Positions 1-11,121 of a stretch of DNA of 64,000 nucleotides are shown here, one piece after another. The stretch lies in assembly GCA_038143065.1 (NCBI GenBank), contig JAYQLI010000035.1, positions 1,152,001 to 1,216,000 on the forward strand, in the 5' to 3' direction. Source of the DNA: Rhodospirillales bacterium. GTDB taxonomy: Bacteria > Pseudomonadota > Alphaproteobacteria > Bin95. Below the pieces are notes generated by a model. The model was not told the origin of the DNA and did no database searches. It saw only the letters and a list, made by a program, of their open reading frames with translations. The stretch's first letter is position 1; each line of letters opens with the position of its first letter. Made by a program: the position numbers and the translations under genes.

Positions 1-291
1 TGTTTAAAAAACGTTGTAAAAGCGTACTTTTTTGGTCAGGCAGGCAATTCATTTAAAAACCAGCTCAGCCAAATGGCCCCAAGCATTCCTGCTACTGCAT
101 ATGACACAATGGATGAGGCGCTTGCTGCAGCTCATAATGATGCTCATAGAGATTTTGAAGACTCTTTTATCCTCTTATCCCCAGCATGTGCTTCGTTCGA
201 TCAATTCAATAGTTATGAACACCGCGGAGAGGTATTCATTGACTTGGTTTCTAACCTAGAGGCCCCTCGGTCTAATGGGGCGGCAGCATGA
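1..291 (+). CDS. murD: UDP-N-acetylmuramoyl-L-alanine--D-glutamate ligase, C-terminal part (runs off window start)
   Basis: Frame open from base 1; C-terminal motif [23 protein letters not shown]; overlaps ftsW start (ATGA). Confidence 0.93.
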   Translation, partial: CLKNVVKAYFFGQAGNSFKNQLSQMAPSIPATAYDTMDEALAAAHNDAHRDFEDSFILLSPACASFDQFNSYEHRGEVFIDLVSNLEAPRSNGAAA

Positions 292-1415
292 ACGGCATAG
301 CACGTGGTGATAACAGTATCGTTGGTCGTTGGTGGTGGACAGTGGACCGTAGTCTATTAGTCGCTCTTTTAACACTTATGGCAGTAGGTCTTGTCCTAGT
401 AATAATAGCTAGTCCTGGCGTCGCAGAGCGCATAGACGCCCCAACCTTCCATTTCGTTAAACGCCACTTAATGCTTCTACCAGTTGCAATTATTTTGATG
501 GTGGGTTGCTCACTCTTGAACCCAAGACAAACCCGACTTTTTGCTCTTGCTATTCTGGCTGGTGCTACTCTTGGCCTTATCGCAACATTATTCATTGGCT
601 CTGAAATCAAGGGCGCAAGACGTTGGATTTCAATTGGTGGATTTTCGTTGCAAGCTAGTGAGTTTGCAAAGCCCGCCATGGCGGTTCTCATAGCTTGGAT
701 GTTAACGCAGTTCCAACGTAAAGGGCTAAAAGGCTACCTGATTGGTGCAGTTTTTATCTTTGGAATTCCTCTCAGCCTTACAGCAATCCAGCCAGATGTC
801 GGTACTAGTTTGGTTATGTTAGCGGTGTTAGGTGCACAACTTTTTGTTGCTGGCATTTCACTTTGGGCAGTTACTGTTTTCTTAGGAATAAGTGCTGGAG
901 GTTTCTGGCTTGCTTATTTGTGGGTTCCTCATGTGACAAGCCGCGTCGACCGCTTTTTAGATCCGGCAACCGGCGATACTTATCAGATCGATATGTCTCT
1001 AAATGCGTTCCACACTGGTGGATTAGTTGGCAGAGGACCTGGTGATGGTGTCGTTAAAAATGCACTACCCGACGCACATTCTGACTTCATTTTTGCCGTA
1101 GCCGGCGAAGAATTAGGATTAATTGCTTGTTTAATAATTGTTGGAATTTTTGCCTTTGTAGTATTGAAAATCTTTGTTCGTGCTCTTTCCCAAAATGATC
1201 TGTTCACCATGCTCGCCGGCTCTGGCCTCGCCTCGCTTTTTGGTGCACAGGCACTTGTTAATCTTAGCTCTACATTAGCTTTAATTCCCACTAAAGGCAT
1301 GACCCTGCCATTCATAAGCTATGGAGGATCCTCTCTTTTTTCTTTGGCAATTGCGATGGGGCTTGCGCTAGCAATTACACGGCGTCGCACTGGCCTTGAG
1401 GATTCAAATGAATGA
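288..1415 (+). CDS. ftsW: SEDS family peptidoglycan glycosyltransferase FtsW
   Basis: Multi-TM; [36 protein letters not shown]; between murD and murG. Confidence 0.96.
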   Translation: MNGIARGDNSIVGRWWWTVDRSLLVALLTLMAVGLVLVIIASPGVAERIDAPTFHFVKRHLMLLPVAIILMVGCSLLNPRQTRLFALAILAGATLGLIATLFIGSEIKGARRWISIGGFSLQASEFAKPAMAVLIAWMLTQFQRKGLKGYLIGAVFIFGIPLSLTAIQPDVGTSLVMLAVLGAQLFVAGISLWAVTVFLGISAGGFWLAYLWVPHVTSRVDRFLDPATGDTYQIDMSLNAFHTGGLVGRGPGDGVVKNALPDAHSDFIFAVAGEELGLIACLIIVGIFAFVVLKIFVRALSQNDLFTMLAGSGLASLFGAQALVNLSSTLALIPTKGMTLPFISYGGSSLFSLAIAMGLALAITRRRTGLEDSNE

Positions 1416-2535
1416 GTAAACCGTACAATATCGTCCTAGCTGCAGGTGGTACTGGCGGTCACGTCTTTCCAGGAATTGCAACGGCCGAAGCCTTAAATGA
1501 TTTGGGTCATAACACAATTCTCGCCACTGATAGTCGAGGCAAGGCATATCAGGGCAATGTGAGAAGAGTACTAATAGCTGCTTCAAGCCTGAGAGGTGGC
1601 GCCTGGCTCAAAATAAAAGGTCTGTTTTCAATAATTCATGGCGTTCTGCAAGCTGCTCTGCTCCTTCACCGTGAGAAGACAGATTTGGTTATAGGGTTTG
1701 GTGGTTTTCCAAGTCTTCCTACATTAATTGCGGCAAAATTAATGGGATGCCCAATCGTTCTTCACGAGCAAAATGCAGTCCTTGGCAAAGCAAATAGAAT
1801 TGTTGCGAAATTTGCACAAAGTATTGCCGTAGCATTCGATCATGTACGTTATGCAGATCCAAATAAGACAGTTTTAATTGGCAACCCAGTTCGAGCCAAA
1901 ATCGCAGATGCAAAAAACCAGGCATATAATGCCCCTACCACAAATGGCCCTATTCGAGTCCTGATTTTTGGAGGCAGCCAAGGCGCTAGAATTTTTGGGG
2001 ATCTTATTCCAGCCACAATGCAACTTCTTCCATACGAATTTCGTAAGCGTATTAAGGTAGTTCAGCAATGTAGGTCGGAAGACATTACCCGTGTTAGGAC
2101 AGCTTTTATTAAAGCAGAAATCGAGGCTGAAATCGCCGAATTTTTCACGATATGCCTGAACGTCTCGAGGCAGCGCATCTGGTAATTTCAAGATCTGGCG
2201 CCTCAACAGTGGCTGAGTTAACTGCAAGTGGGCGACCAAGTTTGCTAATTCCGTATGCTGCAGCCACAGATGACCATCAAACTGCGAACGCTGACGCACT
2301 TACAAGCAGGGGTGCGGCTTGGCGTATTTCAGAAAATGAAGCGTCAGCTGAACAGCTGGTAGAAAAGCTGAGCAAACTGTTCAAGCATCCTGAAAAACTA
2401 TCAAACGCCGCCAACGCTGCAAAAACTGCCGCCCGCACAGATGCCGCAGTTGTGTTGGCTAACTTTGTTGAAATGATACTGAAAACCAAACCGATTAATC
2501 CCCGTCAAAGAATTGTCAGGGATAACGTCTCATGA
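1412..2535 (+). CDS. murG: MurG N-acetylglucosamine transferase (one frameshift at T-run near 2141-2150)
   Basis: [23 protein letters not shown] in ORF 1412-2185; [10 protein letters not shown] and DDHQTANA in ORF 2152-2535. Confidence 0.95.
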
Positions 2536-3953
2536 ACCGTATCCCATTTGATATCGGCCCCATTCATTTTGTTGGAATTGGCGGCATCGGAATGAGCGGA
2601 ATTGCCGAGGTTCTTTGGAATTTGGGATATAAAGTCCAGGGCTCCGATGTTTCGAGTGGTGCCACAGTTGAAAGATTAAAAAGTCTTGGCATCCCGATTT
2701 ATATAGAGCATGAGGCTGCTAATGTTGGTGAAGCGGCCGTGGTTGTTGTTTCTACAGCCATTAAGACTGGGAACCCAGAAGTTGATGCTGCAAGAGCTCG
2801 TCGTATCCCTGTTGTAAAGCGTGCGGAAATGCTGGCAGAGCTAATGAGATTAAAATCAGCTATCGCCATCGGCGGGACTCACGGGAAGACAACTACAACA
2901 TCGCTAGTTGCTGCAGTTCTTGATGAAGCAGGTTTGGACCCAACAGTTATAAATGGCGGGATAATAAATGCCTTAGGCGCTAATGCTTACCTGGGCGGTG
3001 GTGATTGGATGGTTGTCGAGGCTGATGAGAGTGACGGCGCTTTTCTGAAATTGCCCTCCACCGTTGCTGTCGTAACAAATATTGATCCTGAACATCTAGA
3101 CCACTGGGTAGATTTTGAATCAATCCGCGCTGCATTCCGAACCTTTGTTGAGAGCATCCCATTTTATGGATTTGCCGTTGTATGTGCTGACCATCCAGAA
3201 GCCCAAAGTCTGACCGCATTAGTGCGTGATAGACGAATAATCACCTATGGATTTAATCCGCAAGCAGATATTCGAGCTGAAAACGTGAACCTTGGACCCG
3301 AAGGCGCAAAATTTGATGTCGTGGCTAAACTGCCTGGTTCTCGGGAAGTGATCCGTATTGAAAACCTAATATTACCTATGTTTGGAAGTCATAATGCCCA
3401 AAATGCTCTAGTTGCAGTAGCAGTAGCCCTCGAACTGGGCATAGCGCAACAAGACATTAGAAAAGGCCTTGCTAAATTTAAAGGTGTACGGAGACGCTTT
3501 ACTAAAGTTGGCGAGATCCAAGGCATTACTATTATAGATGACTATGGACATCATCCAGTGGAAATTGCCGCTGTATTAGCTGCAGCACGAAGTGTAGCTA
3601 CAGGCCGTGTCATTGCTGTAGCACAACCCCATAGATACAGTCGTTTACAGGATCAAATGGAAGGCTTTTGTACCTGTTTTAATGATGCAGATCAGGTCAT
3701 CGTTGCTCCTGTTTATCCTGCAGGCGAGAAGCCAATAAGCGGCGTTGATCATAATACTCTTGCTGATGGATTAATTGCTCATGGCCATAAAGAAGTTAAG
3801 ACGATTAATGACCCATCTGACCTAGCAGAACTCATAGCAAAAAATGCCACCTCTGGTGATTATGTGATTTGTCTAGGTGCCGGGACAATCACCCAATGGG
3901 CTGGACAGCTCCCCAATGAGCTCGAACAGATTTTGCGCCATGATACAAACTGA
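2532..3953 (+). CDS. murC: UDP-N-acetylmuramate--L-alanine ligase
   Basis: [41 protein letters not shown]. Confidence 0.97.
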   Translation: MNRIPFDIGPIHFVGIGGIGMSGIAEVLWNLGYKVQGSDVSSGATVERLKSLGIPIYIEHEAANVGEAAVVVVSTAIKTGNPEVDAARARRIPVVKRAEMLAELMRLKSAIAIGGTHGKTTTTSLVAAVLDEAGLDPTVINGGIINALGANAYLGGGDWMVVEADESDGAFLKLPSTVAVVTNIDPEHLDHWVDFESIRAAFRTFVESIPFYGFAVVCADHPEAQSLTALVRDRRIITYGFNPQADIRAENVNLGPEGAKFDVVAKLPGSREVIRIENLILPMFGSHNAQNALVAVAVALELGIAQQDIRKGLAKFKGVRRRFTKVGEIQGITIIDDYGHHPVEIAAVLAAARSVATGRVIAVAQPHRYSRLQDQMEGFCTCFNDADQVIVAPVYPAGEKPISGVDHNTLADGLIAHGHKEVKTINDPSDLAELIAKNATSGDYVICLGAGTITQWAGQLPNELEQILRHDTN

Positions 3954-4861
3954 AAATCCTATACTTTAAGAAAGAGATTCCACCAACTCGCGGAAAAGTG
4001 GCTTTAGAAGCACCTCTCTCTCGCTTGACATGGTTTGGGGTTGGCGGGCCCGCAGATGTTTTATTTCGACCAGCAGACATCGATGATCTTCGTAGCTTTT
4101 TAAAAAACCTCGATCAGAAGATTTCTGTGTGGCCGCTTGGTGTGGGTTCTAATGTCATAATTCGCGACAGCGGCATCGAAGGAGTGGTGGTACTCTTGAG
4201 AGGCCCATTCACGAAAATTGACGTTGAAGAAAATTTGATCGTTGCCGGAGGCGGCGCGCTTTCAGCTAACATAGCAAGAAAGGCTGCAGATACTGGCTTA
4301 AAAGGACCCGAATTCTTATCGGGAGTACCTGGCTCTGTAGGTGGAGCAATCCGGATGAACGCAGGGGCATACGGGACGGAAGTGAAAGACATTTTAAGTT
4401 GGGCAGAAGTTATTACTCGCTCTGGGACAGTTAAACGAATTTCTGCGGCTAAACTTGGCTTTTCTTATCGCAGTAGTAATCTGCAGCCAGATGATATTGT
4501 TGTTAAAGCTGCCTTCAAGGGCACCAAAGATAATCCAAATAATATCCGTGCTCGCCTGCAAGATTTTCAAAAACAGAGAGAAGCCAGCCAGCCTCTCCGC
4601 ACTCGAACTGGTGGGTCAACTTTTCAAAACCCTGCAAAAAGTAAAGCTTGGGAACTTATTGATGCTGCTGGATGCCGCGGACAACGCGTCGGGAAAGCAT
4701 ATGTTTCCGACAAGCATTGTAACTTTATCATTGCTGAAGAAGGCGCAAATGCTAGCGACATTGAAACTTTGGGAGAAGCTGTGCGCCAGAAAGTTAAAGA
4801 ACAGTTTGGTGTCATTTTAGAGTGGGAAATCAAACGAATTGGGCGGGGGACAGCATGCTAG
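3940..4861 (+). CDS. murB: UDP-N-acetylenolpyruvoylglucosamine reductase (start uncertain; probable frameshift near 3950-3967)
   Basis: [40 protein letters not shown]; frame extends upstream of 3998 as IPPTRGK; ATG at 3940 is one base out of frame. Confidence 0.93.
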
Positions 4862-5772
4862 TGAAGCACGTTGCAGTCCTTATGGGAGGCCAATCAGCCG
4901 AAAGGGAAGTATCTCTTGCCTCAGGTAAAGCCTGTGCCTCCGCTCTTCGTAGCGCTGGATACAAAGTATCGGAGATTGAGATTAACGAAGGCCAGCTGAC
5001 ACAATTAATAAATAAAATCACCCCTAAACCAGACGCGGTATTTAATTCTCTTCATGGTCGGTATGGAGAGGATGGATGCATTCAAGGGTTACTTGAATTA
5101 CTGCAGCTTCCCTACACACATTCCGGTGTTCTCGCATCAGCATTGGCTATGGATAAACCTGCAGCATTGGCAATGTTTAAAGCCAATGGAATTCAAGTTC
5201 CAGAAGGCAGAGTTGTTCCCATCAAAGAAGTGCATAAGGTCTTTGAAGCACCCTATGTCATCAAACCTCTGCAGGAAGGCTCGAGCGTCGGTGTAATGAT
5301 CTTCCACGAACAAGACAGTCGCACGCCTCTGGAAGAGAGGTGGGGTTTTGGGACAGAGGCTTTGGTGGAGAAGTTCGTCCCTGGAAGAGAATTGACCGTT
5401 GCAGTTATGGATAATGAAGCGATTGGGGCTCTTGAAATTATCCCGAAGACCCACTTTTATGATTATGATGCCAAGTATGTACAAGGGGCTTCACATCACA
5501 TTTCGATTGATGAGATATCCTTAAATATCGTTGGAGCAGCTAAGAAAATCGCACTACGCGCCCACCAAATATTGGGGTGTCGTGGCGTTACAAGATCTGA
5601 TTTCCGTTGGGATGACAGTAAGCCTAATGCAGAAGGATTGTATTTACTCGAAATAAACACACAGCCTGGTATGACGGAAACTTCTCTCGTGCCAGAAATC
5701 GCAAAAAATGCAGGTATTGACTTCCCTTCACTTGTCACACGGATTGTAGAGGGTGCTCGATGCGGTCCGTAA
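4855..5772 (+). CDS. ddl: D-alanine--D-alanine ligase
   Basis: VAVLMGGQSAEREVSL, LHGRYGEDG, EGSSVG, YDYDAKY, LEINTQPGMT. Confidence 0.96.
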   Translation: MLVKHVAVLMGGQSAEREVSLASGKACASALRSAGYKVSEIEINEGQLTQLINKITPKPDAVFNSLHGRYGEDGCIQGLLELLQLPYTHSGVLASALAMDKPAALAMFKANGIQVPEGRVVPIKEVHKVFEAPYVIKPLQEGSSVGVMIFHEQDSRTPLEERWGFGTEALVEKFVPGRELTVAVMDNEAIGALEIIPKTHFYDYDAKYVQGASHHISIDEISLNIVGAAKKIALRAHQILGCRGVTRSDFRWDDSKPNAEGLYLLEINTQPGMTETSLVPEIAKNAGIDFPSLVTRIVEGARCGP

Positions 5773-6638
5773 AAGCTATCAGCCATAAAAATATAGCCAA
5801 AAGAACCCGAAGAAAATCATCTATAAACCTTCGGAAAATATCAAAATTCTCCACAGTTGTAGGACCTTGGTTGATCATCTTTGGACTAGCCGTTGGACTT
5901 TTTTGGACCATGTTCACTAACGGAGGACCAAGCAATCTCGCGAGAGAATTAAAATCGGAAGCCATACAGGCAACTCTTAAGCTAGGCTTTAAAATCGAGG
6001 CTGTATGGGTGGACGGCCTTCAATATTCAAACAGAAACGATGTTGTCATAGCGGTTGGGGCAAACCATGGAGCACCAATTTTAAAATTTGATACTGAGCA
6101 AGCAAGAAAACGCCTCCTTGATCTACCTTGGGTTAAAGAAGCCTCAGTGAGCCTAGCTCTTCCAAATAAAATTCATATAAACGTCAAAGAACGAGAACCG
6201 ATTGCTATTTGGCAGATAAATCGTGAGCTGCATGTTATCGATAATGAGGGTAATATCATTCAAGGAGTTAAGCCTGCTGCCTTTTCACAGTTACCGATAA
6301 TGGTTGGCGAAGGAGCTAATAAAGCTGCCCAAGATTTATTCCGTCTTATGGCAGATACACCAAAGATCGCTCGAATAATGACAGCCGCCAGCTATGTGGG
6401 CTACCGCCGGTGGAATGTTAAGCTGGACAACCGAATTGAAATAAATTTGCCCGCCAAAAACGTGGGAAATGCATTACAGCGGCTTAACAAGTTACAGCAA
6501 GAACACGAAATATTCAGCAAAGATATTTTGGGCATTGATTTACGCATTCCAGACCGGTTGATAGTTCGTGTAACCGACAAAAACAGTTCAAACATAAACC
6601 AAGAATCCCTGAAAATCCGCGCCGATCGCAGCAGCTAG
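5760..6638 (+). CDS. ftsQ: Cell division protein FtsQ
   Basis: Basic N-terminus, one TM, POTRA-like LPWVKEASV..LPNKI..VKEREP, C-terminal IDLRIPDRL; between ddl and ftsA. Confidence 0.92.
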   Translation: MRSVKAISHKNIAKRTRRKSSINLRKISKFSTVVGPWLIIFGLAVGLFWTMFTNGGPSNLARELKSEAIQATLKLGFKIEAVWVDGLQYSNRNDVVIAVGANHGAPILKFDTEQARKRLLDLPWVKEASVSLALPNKIHINVKEREPIAIWQINRELHVIDNEGNIIQGVKPAAFSQLPIMVGEGANKAAQDLFRLMADTPKIARIMTAASYVGYRRWNVKLDNRIEINLPAKNVGNALQRLNKLQQEHEIFSKDILGIDLRIPDRLIVRVTDKNSSNINQESLKIRADRSS

Positions 6639-6663
6639 TACGTGAGGGTAAGGAAATCTAATT

Positions 6664-7919
6664 ATGGCGAAACAAATGATTAGACCCCGTCCGGCCTAGT
6701 TGCAGCTTTAGACATTGGCAGCAGCAAAATGGCGTGCGTAATTGCTCGCATAGGAGGTGATCGTAAACCGCGCCTTCTTGGTTTCGGTCATCGGTTATCT
6801 GCCGGAGTGAGAAAAGGTTGCATTGTAGATATGGAAGCTGCAACCGCTGCCATAAGTGCAGTCGTTCAAGAAGCTGAAACAATGGCAGACGAACGCATTT
6901 CCTCCATGTTTATAACATTGGCTGGCGGGGATGTTCGATCTGATATCCAAAATGCTGAAATTGCAATTGGTGGCCGAGCAATAGTAGACCAGGACGTACG
7001 ACGGTGTTTGGCCCAGGCACGCTCGGAAGTACCTCTGGCTGGACGTCGCGCGTTACACATGCTGCCTATAGGTTATGCGGTCGACTCAACCAGGTCAGTA
7101 GAACAACCTAGAGGGCTTTTTGCAGATAAGTTAGGCGTTTTACTTCATGTGGCCAGCGCAGAAGAGGGACCAATTCGATCCGTCGAGGCAGCAGCAGCTG
7201 AGGCCCACTTAGAGGTTGATGCTATGGTTGCTCCAAGTTACGCCGCTGCCCTAAGTGTACTAACGCCTGATGAGGCCGAGCTAGGCTCAACGGTCATAGA
7301 CATTGGCGGAGGCACAACTAGTATTTCGGTTTTTCAAGCAGGAGTGCCAGTATTTATCGATGCATTATCCATCGGTGGTAACAACGTCACTCAAGACATC
7401 GCGTTAGTCCTAAAAACAACTCTGGCACATGCTGAACGTCTTAAGGCAATCGATGGAAGTTGTCTGTCGGCTGCAGATGACGAACATCGCATGATTTCAG
7501 CCCCCACAATAGGCGAAGATGATCTAGCCGAAACGTATTCTGCGTCCCGGGCAGACCTCATAAGAGTTATCAGTCTTCGAATGGAAGAATTATTCGAGAT
7601 GGTGCAACAGAGTATAAAGGATGCTGGTATGGCACGGACCTCCGGAGGGTCTTTAGTCATCACAGGTGGCGGAGCAAATCTGCATGGAGTTGCCGAATTA
7701 GCAGGTCGAGTGCTGGGTAAAAGAGGGAGAATAGGCAGACCTAGTGGCATCATGGGGCTAGAGGAACGCCTGACCGACCCCCAATTCGCATCGGCGATTG
7801 GACTTATCCGTTATGCAGCAAAAGATGCAGCATCCACAGATATTGTGCTTTTATCTCAGACTAGTAGCACCTATAGTGTTCTTGGTCGCCTTGGAGCATG
7901 GTTCAAAGAACACTTCTAG
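6664..7919 (+). CDS. ftsA: Cell division protein FtsA (frameshift near 6682-6695)
   Basis: Main frame extends upstream of 6729 as GLVAALDIGSSKM; DIGGGTT, TGGGA; C-terminal amphipathic LGAWFKEHF; ATG 6664 follows a purine-rich RBS. Confidence 0.95.
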
Positions 7920-7989
7920 GACCATAAATTTACTCTTTCACGATTTGTGAGGAGTAACGTGAGTTAAAGCTAGTAGGAAGGAAACGCAG

Positions 7990-9610
7990 ATGAGTTTGAA
8001 GATCTCAATGCCTCAACCGGATATGGATCTTAAACCTCGCATCACCGTCGTAGGTGTTGGTGGTGCTGGCGGTAATGCGGTCAATAATATGATTCGCTCT
8101 AACCTGTCCGGAGTAGAATTCCTTGTAGCAAACACTGACGCTCAAGCGCTTGAAATGTCGAGCGCAGACCAACGAATTCAACTTGGGCTAAACCTTACTC
8201 ACGGGCTTGGAGCGGGTGCTCGCCCAGAAATAGGCCGAGCTGCGGCGGAAGAAGCTATTGAAGAGATCATGGGGCGATTATCAAAGAGTCACATGGTCTT
8301 CATAACAGCTGGCATGGGTGGAGGAACCGGGACAGGCGCCGCTCCAGTTATAGCTCGTGCCGCACGCGAGTCAGGGGTCTTGACCGTTGGAGTTGTAACA
8401 AAACCCTTCCACTTCGAGGGTGCAAACCGCATGCGCGCGGCGGACAGTGGCATAGAGGAATTAGCCAAGCACGTAGATACGCTAATCATCATCCCAAACC
8501 AAAATTTATTCCGTATTGCCAATGAAAAGACGACCTTTGCAGAAGCCTTCCAGCTTGCAGATGATGTACTCTATTCAGGAGTACGCGGGGTAACAGATCT
8601 GATGGTTATGCCTGGTCTAATCAACCTAGACTTTGCTGACATTCGCACCGTCATGGCAGAAATGGGTAAGGCAATGATGGGTACTGGTGAAGCCGGAGGT
8701 GAGGACCGCGCCCGCCAGGCTGCTGAGGCAGCAATATCCAATCCTCTTCTAGATGAAATATCTATGCAGGGCGCAAGAGGCGTTCTAATAAATATCACTG
8801 GTGGCTCAGACATGACGTTGCTAGAGGTCGATGCGGCAGCAAACCGAATTCGAGAGGAAGTAGACGACGATGCAAACATTATTTTTGGTGCAACAATGGA
8901 CCAAAATCTTGATGGAGCCATGCGTGTTTCAATCGTAGCCACTGGCATCGATACTGTTCCAGGACAAAAGCCCCTTCCGATCGAGCCTTTCACGAGCTCT
9001 GCAGTGGGGAAGTCAGTTGACACAGCGACCGCTCGACAAGCTCCAGCAGTTGCAGCCGCTCTCACGCAAGTTGCGCAAATTGATAGTTCTTCAGAAGCAC
9101 TTAAATCAGTTGATGAGGAAACATCAATTCAGGTTCATCAGAAAGAGGATCTGGTCGAAAGCAACGAAATCGTTACCGAGACTGAAGCAGAGCAAGGCCT
9201 AGATAAACAGCCTGAAAATGAAGCTTCGTCCAACAAGACAACAACTGGACATTTCCTTCTAAGTTAGAGAGTAAATCCAGCTCTGCGCGAGATGACGCTT
9301 TCATACCTGAGGCTGCTGAAACGACTAAATCAGTCGCTTCACCTCAGCCTGAAGCCGAGCCTTCAGCATTATCTGCACCCCCTCGCCCACGTCGCACTTT
9401 CATAAGTATTTTCGACCGTATGACGGGGCTACTCGCCAGCAAGATGTCGATACTATGTCACCTTCTACTGAACCAAAAATAGTAACACCGAGCGCAGAAA
9501 ACCCAACCAAAGACCAAGATCAAGATCAAGATAAAGCAGAAGATAAAAACTCGGCTAAAACAGACGAGTATCTAGATATACCCACATTTCTGCGTCGTCA
9601 GGCAAATTAA
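7990..9610 (+). CDS. ftsZ: Cell division protein FtsZ, long-linker form (two frameshifts, near 9255 and 9425)
   Basis: Tubulin motif GGGTGTG, NLDFAD; downstream frames give SIFDRMTG and the C-terminal core [15 protein letters not shown] ending at 9610. Confidence 0.96.
9515..9532 (+). repeat. (CAAGAT)x3 short tandem repeat in the FtsZ linker (QD repeat)
   Basis: caagatcaagatcaagat read directly. Confidence 0.85.
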
Positions 9611-9702
9611 CTTGTAATTGAGTTCAGTAGATATCAGCTTTCATCAATAATCTGATGTATATATTTAAGGTCTCTTGTTTGGGTAATGGTTCAGGCCTGA
9701 GA

Positions 9703-11110
9703 ATGATGTGTGACCGCAAGAATAAAAATTGGGGAGCAACAAAAAAGTTGCCCTCCCTAAAACCAGTTTTGACCATAGCTTTTGGACTCTTCCTCTTTGC
9801 TTGCGCGGGAAAAAACTGAAAGTTACGAAGAGAAATCTGTCGACTCACTATATAATGAGGCGATGGATTCCGTTCTGGATGGAAATTATCTCCAAGCTGC
9901 CAATCAATTTTTTGAAGTAGAGCGTCAGCATCCTTATTCAGTATGGGCAGCTAAGTCGCAGGTAATGGGAGCGTATGCGTATTTTCGCTTGGATCGCTAC
10001 GACGATACAATCAATGCCGCCGATCGATTTATTCAGTTACACCCATCAAATCCGGATGCTCCATACGCCTTTTATTTGAGGTCATTGGCGTACTATGAGC
10101 AAATAGTTGATATTTCCAGAGACCAGGGCGTGACACAGCAAGCCTTGCAGGCTTTAGAAGATGTCATTCGACGATACCCAGATTCAAAATACGCTCGCGA
10201 TGCTGCACTTAAGCTCGATCTAACCCGCGACCATCTAGCGGGCAAAGAAATGTCTGTGGGGCGTTTTTATTTGAAAAAGGGAGAGTTAGCTGCCGCAATT
10301 AATCGTTTTAAGCGTGTTGTGGAACAATACCAGACAACTAGCCATGTGCCGGAAGCTCTTCTTAGAATGGCAGAATGCTACTCTGCTCTTGGTGTTAAAG
10401 ATGAAGCAAAACGAGTAGTTGCAATCTTAGGATATAATTTTCCTGGAAGCTCTTGGTATGCAGACGCTTATAGGTTGATAGAAAATCTAGACAATGATGG
10501 ATTCATAAGCTCAGACGCCCGTCCTTTCTACAAAAGGTGGCTGAATCCAGAACCAAAAATTGCTAAGGCTGAGAGACGTAAATTAAAGGGTTTAGTGGGA
10601 ATTGATCCTGCCATTGATGATAAAAATACTTCAAACTCCTCAGCCCAAGAAGCAAGCGCCAGCTTAAACGCAGATTATCTCCGACCATGGAGACGCTCGG
10701 AATTAAGTGAAAGTGAGCGAAAAAAATTTATCATTGAAGCAAAAAATCAAGAAGAGATATCTCGAAACTCTGCAAAAGAATGGCGACTAGCAGCAGACAA
10801 TGCGGGTTCAAAGAAAGGTCGCAGTCGCGCCTCTGCCAATGCAAACTTAGCAGAAATAACTGCAGAGGTTTGGTCTGCTCGCGTTAAAATTGTTAGCGCC
10901 AGCTCACCCGATGACATCCTAAATGCAGAGGTACTCCATGCGGAAACATCTGTTTCTTATTGGGAGGCAGTTTTAGAGACAACGGAGGACGATCTTGCTC
11001 GAGATCATGCAAAGTCTGCGTTGTCCGAGGCACAAATGCTGCTCGACCACTGGAAAGCAAAAGGCCAAAGGCCCAGTTGGTTGGATCGTATGATAAACTC
11101 GGTACTGTAA
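9703..11110 (+). CDS. bamD: Outer membrane protein assembly factor BamD with long C-terminal extension (frameshift at GGGAAAAAA near 9807-9815)
   Basis: ATG 9703 frame gives a signal peptide ending in lipobox LFAC; TPR-like body FEVERQHPYS, FIQLHPSNPDAPYAFY, RYPDSKYARDA, LAGKEMSVGRFY, LGYNFPGSSWY; upstream of recN. Confidence 0.93.
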
Positions 11111-11121
11111 ATAAACACGCA

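Noticed and set aside
9607-9621. TTAA-N7-TTGA, a near match to a CtrA box upstream of bamD
   Set aside because: Imperfect, overlaps the ftsZ stop codon, and expected by chance in AT-rich DNA
10960-11121. N-terminal extension of RecN with CxxxCxxC shown in the ORF track
   Set aside because: Alternative-frame overlap with bamD; RecN homology starts at ATG 11122
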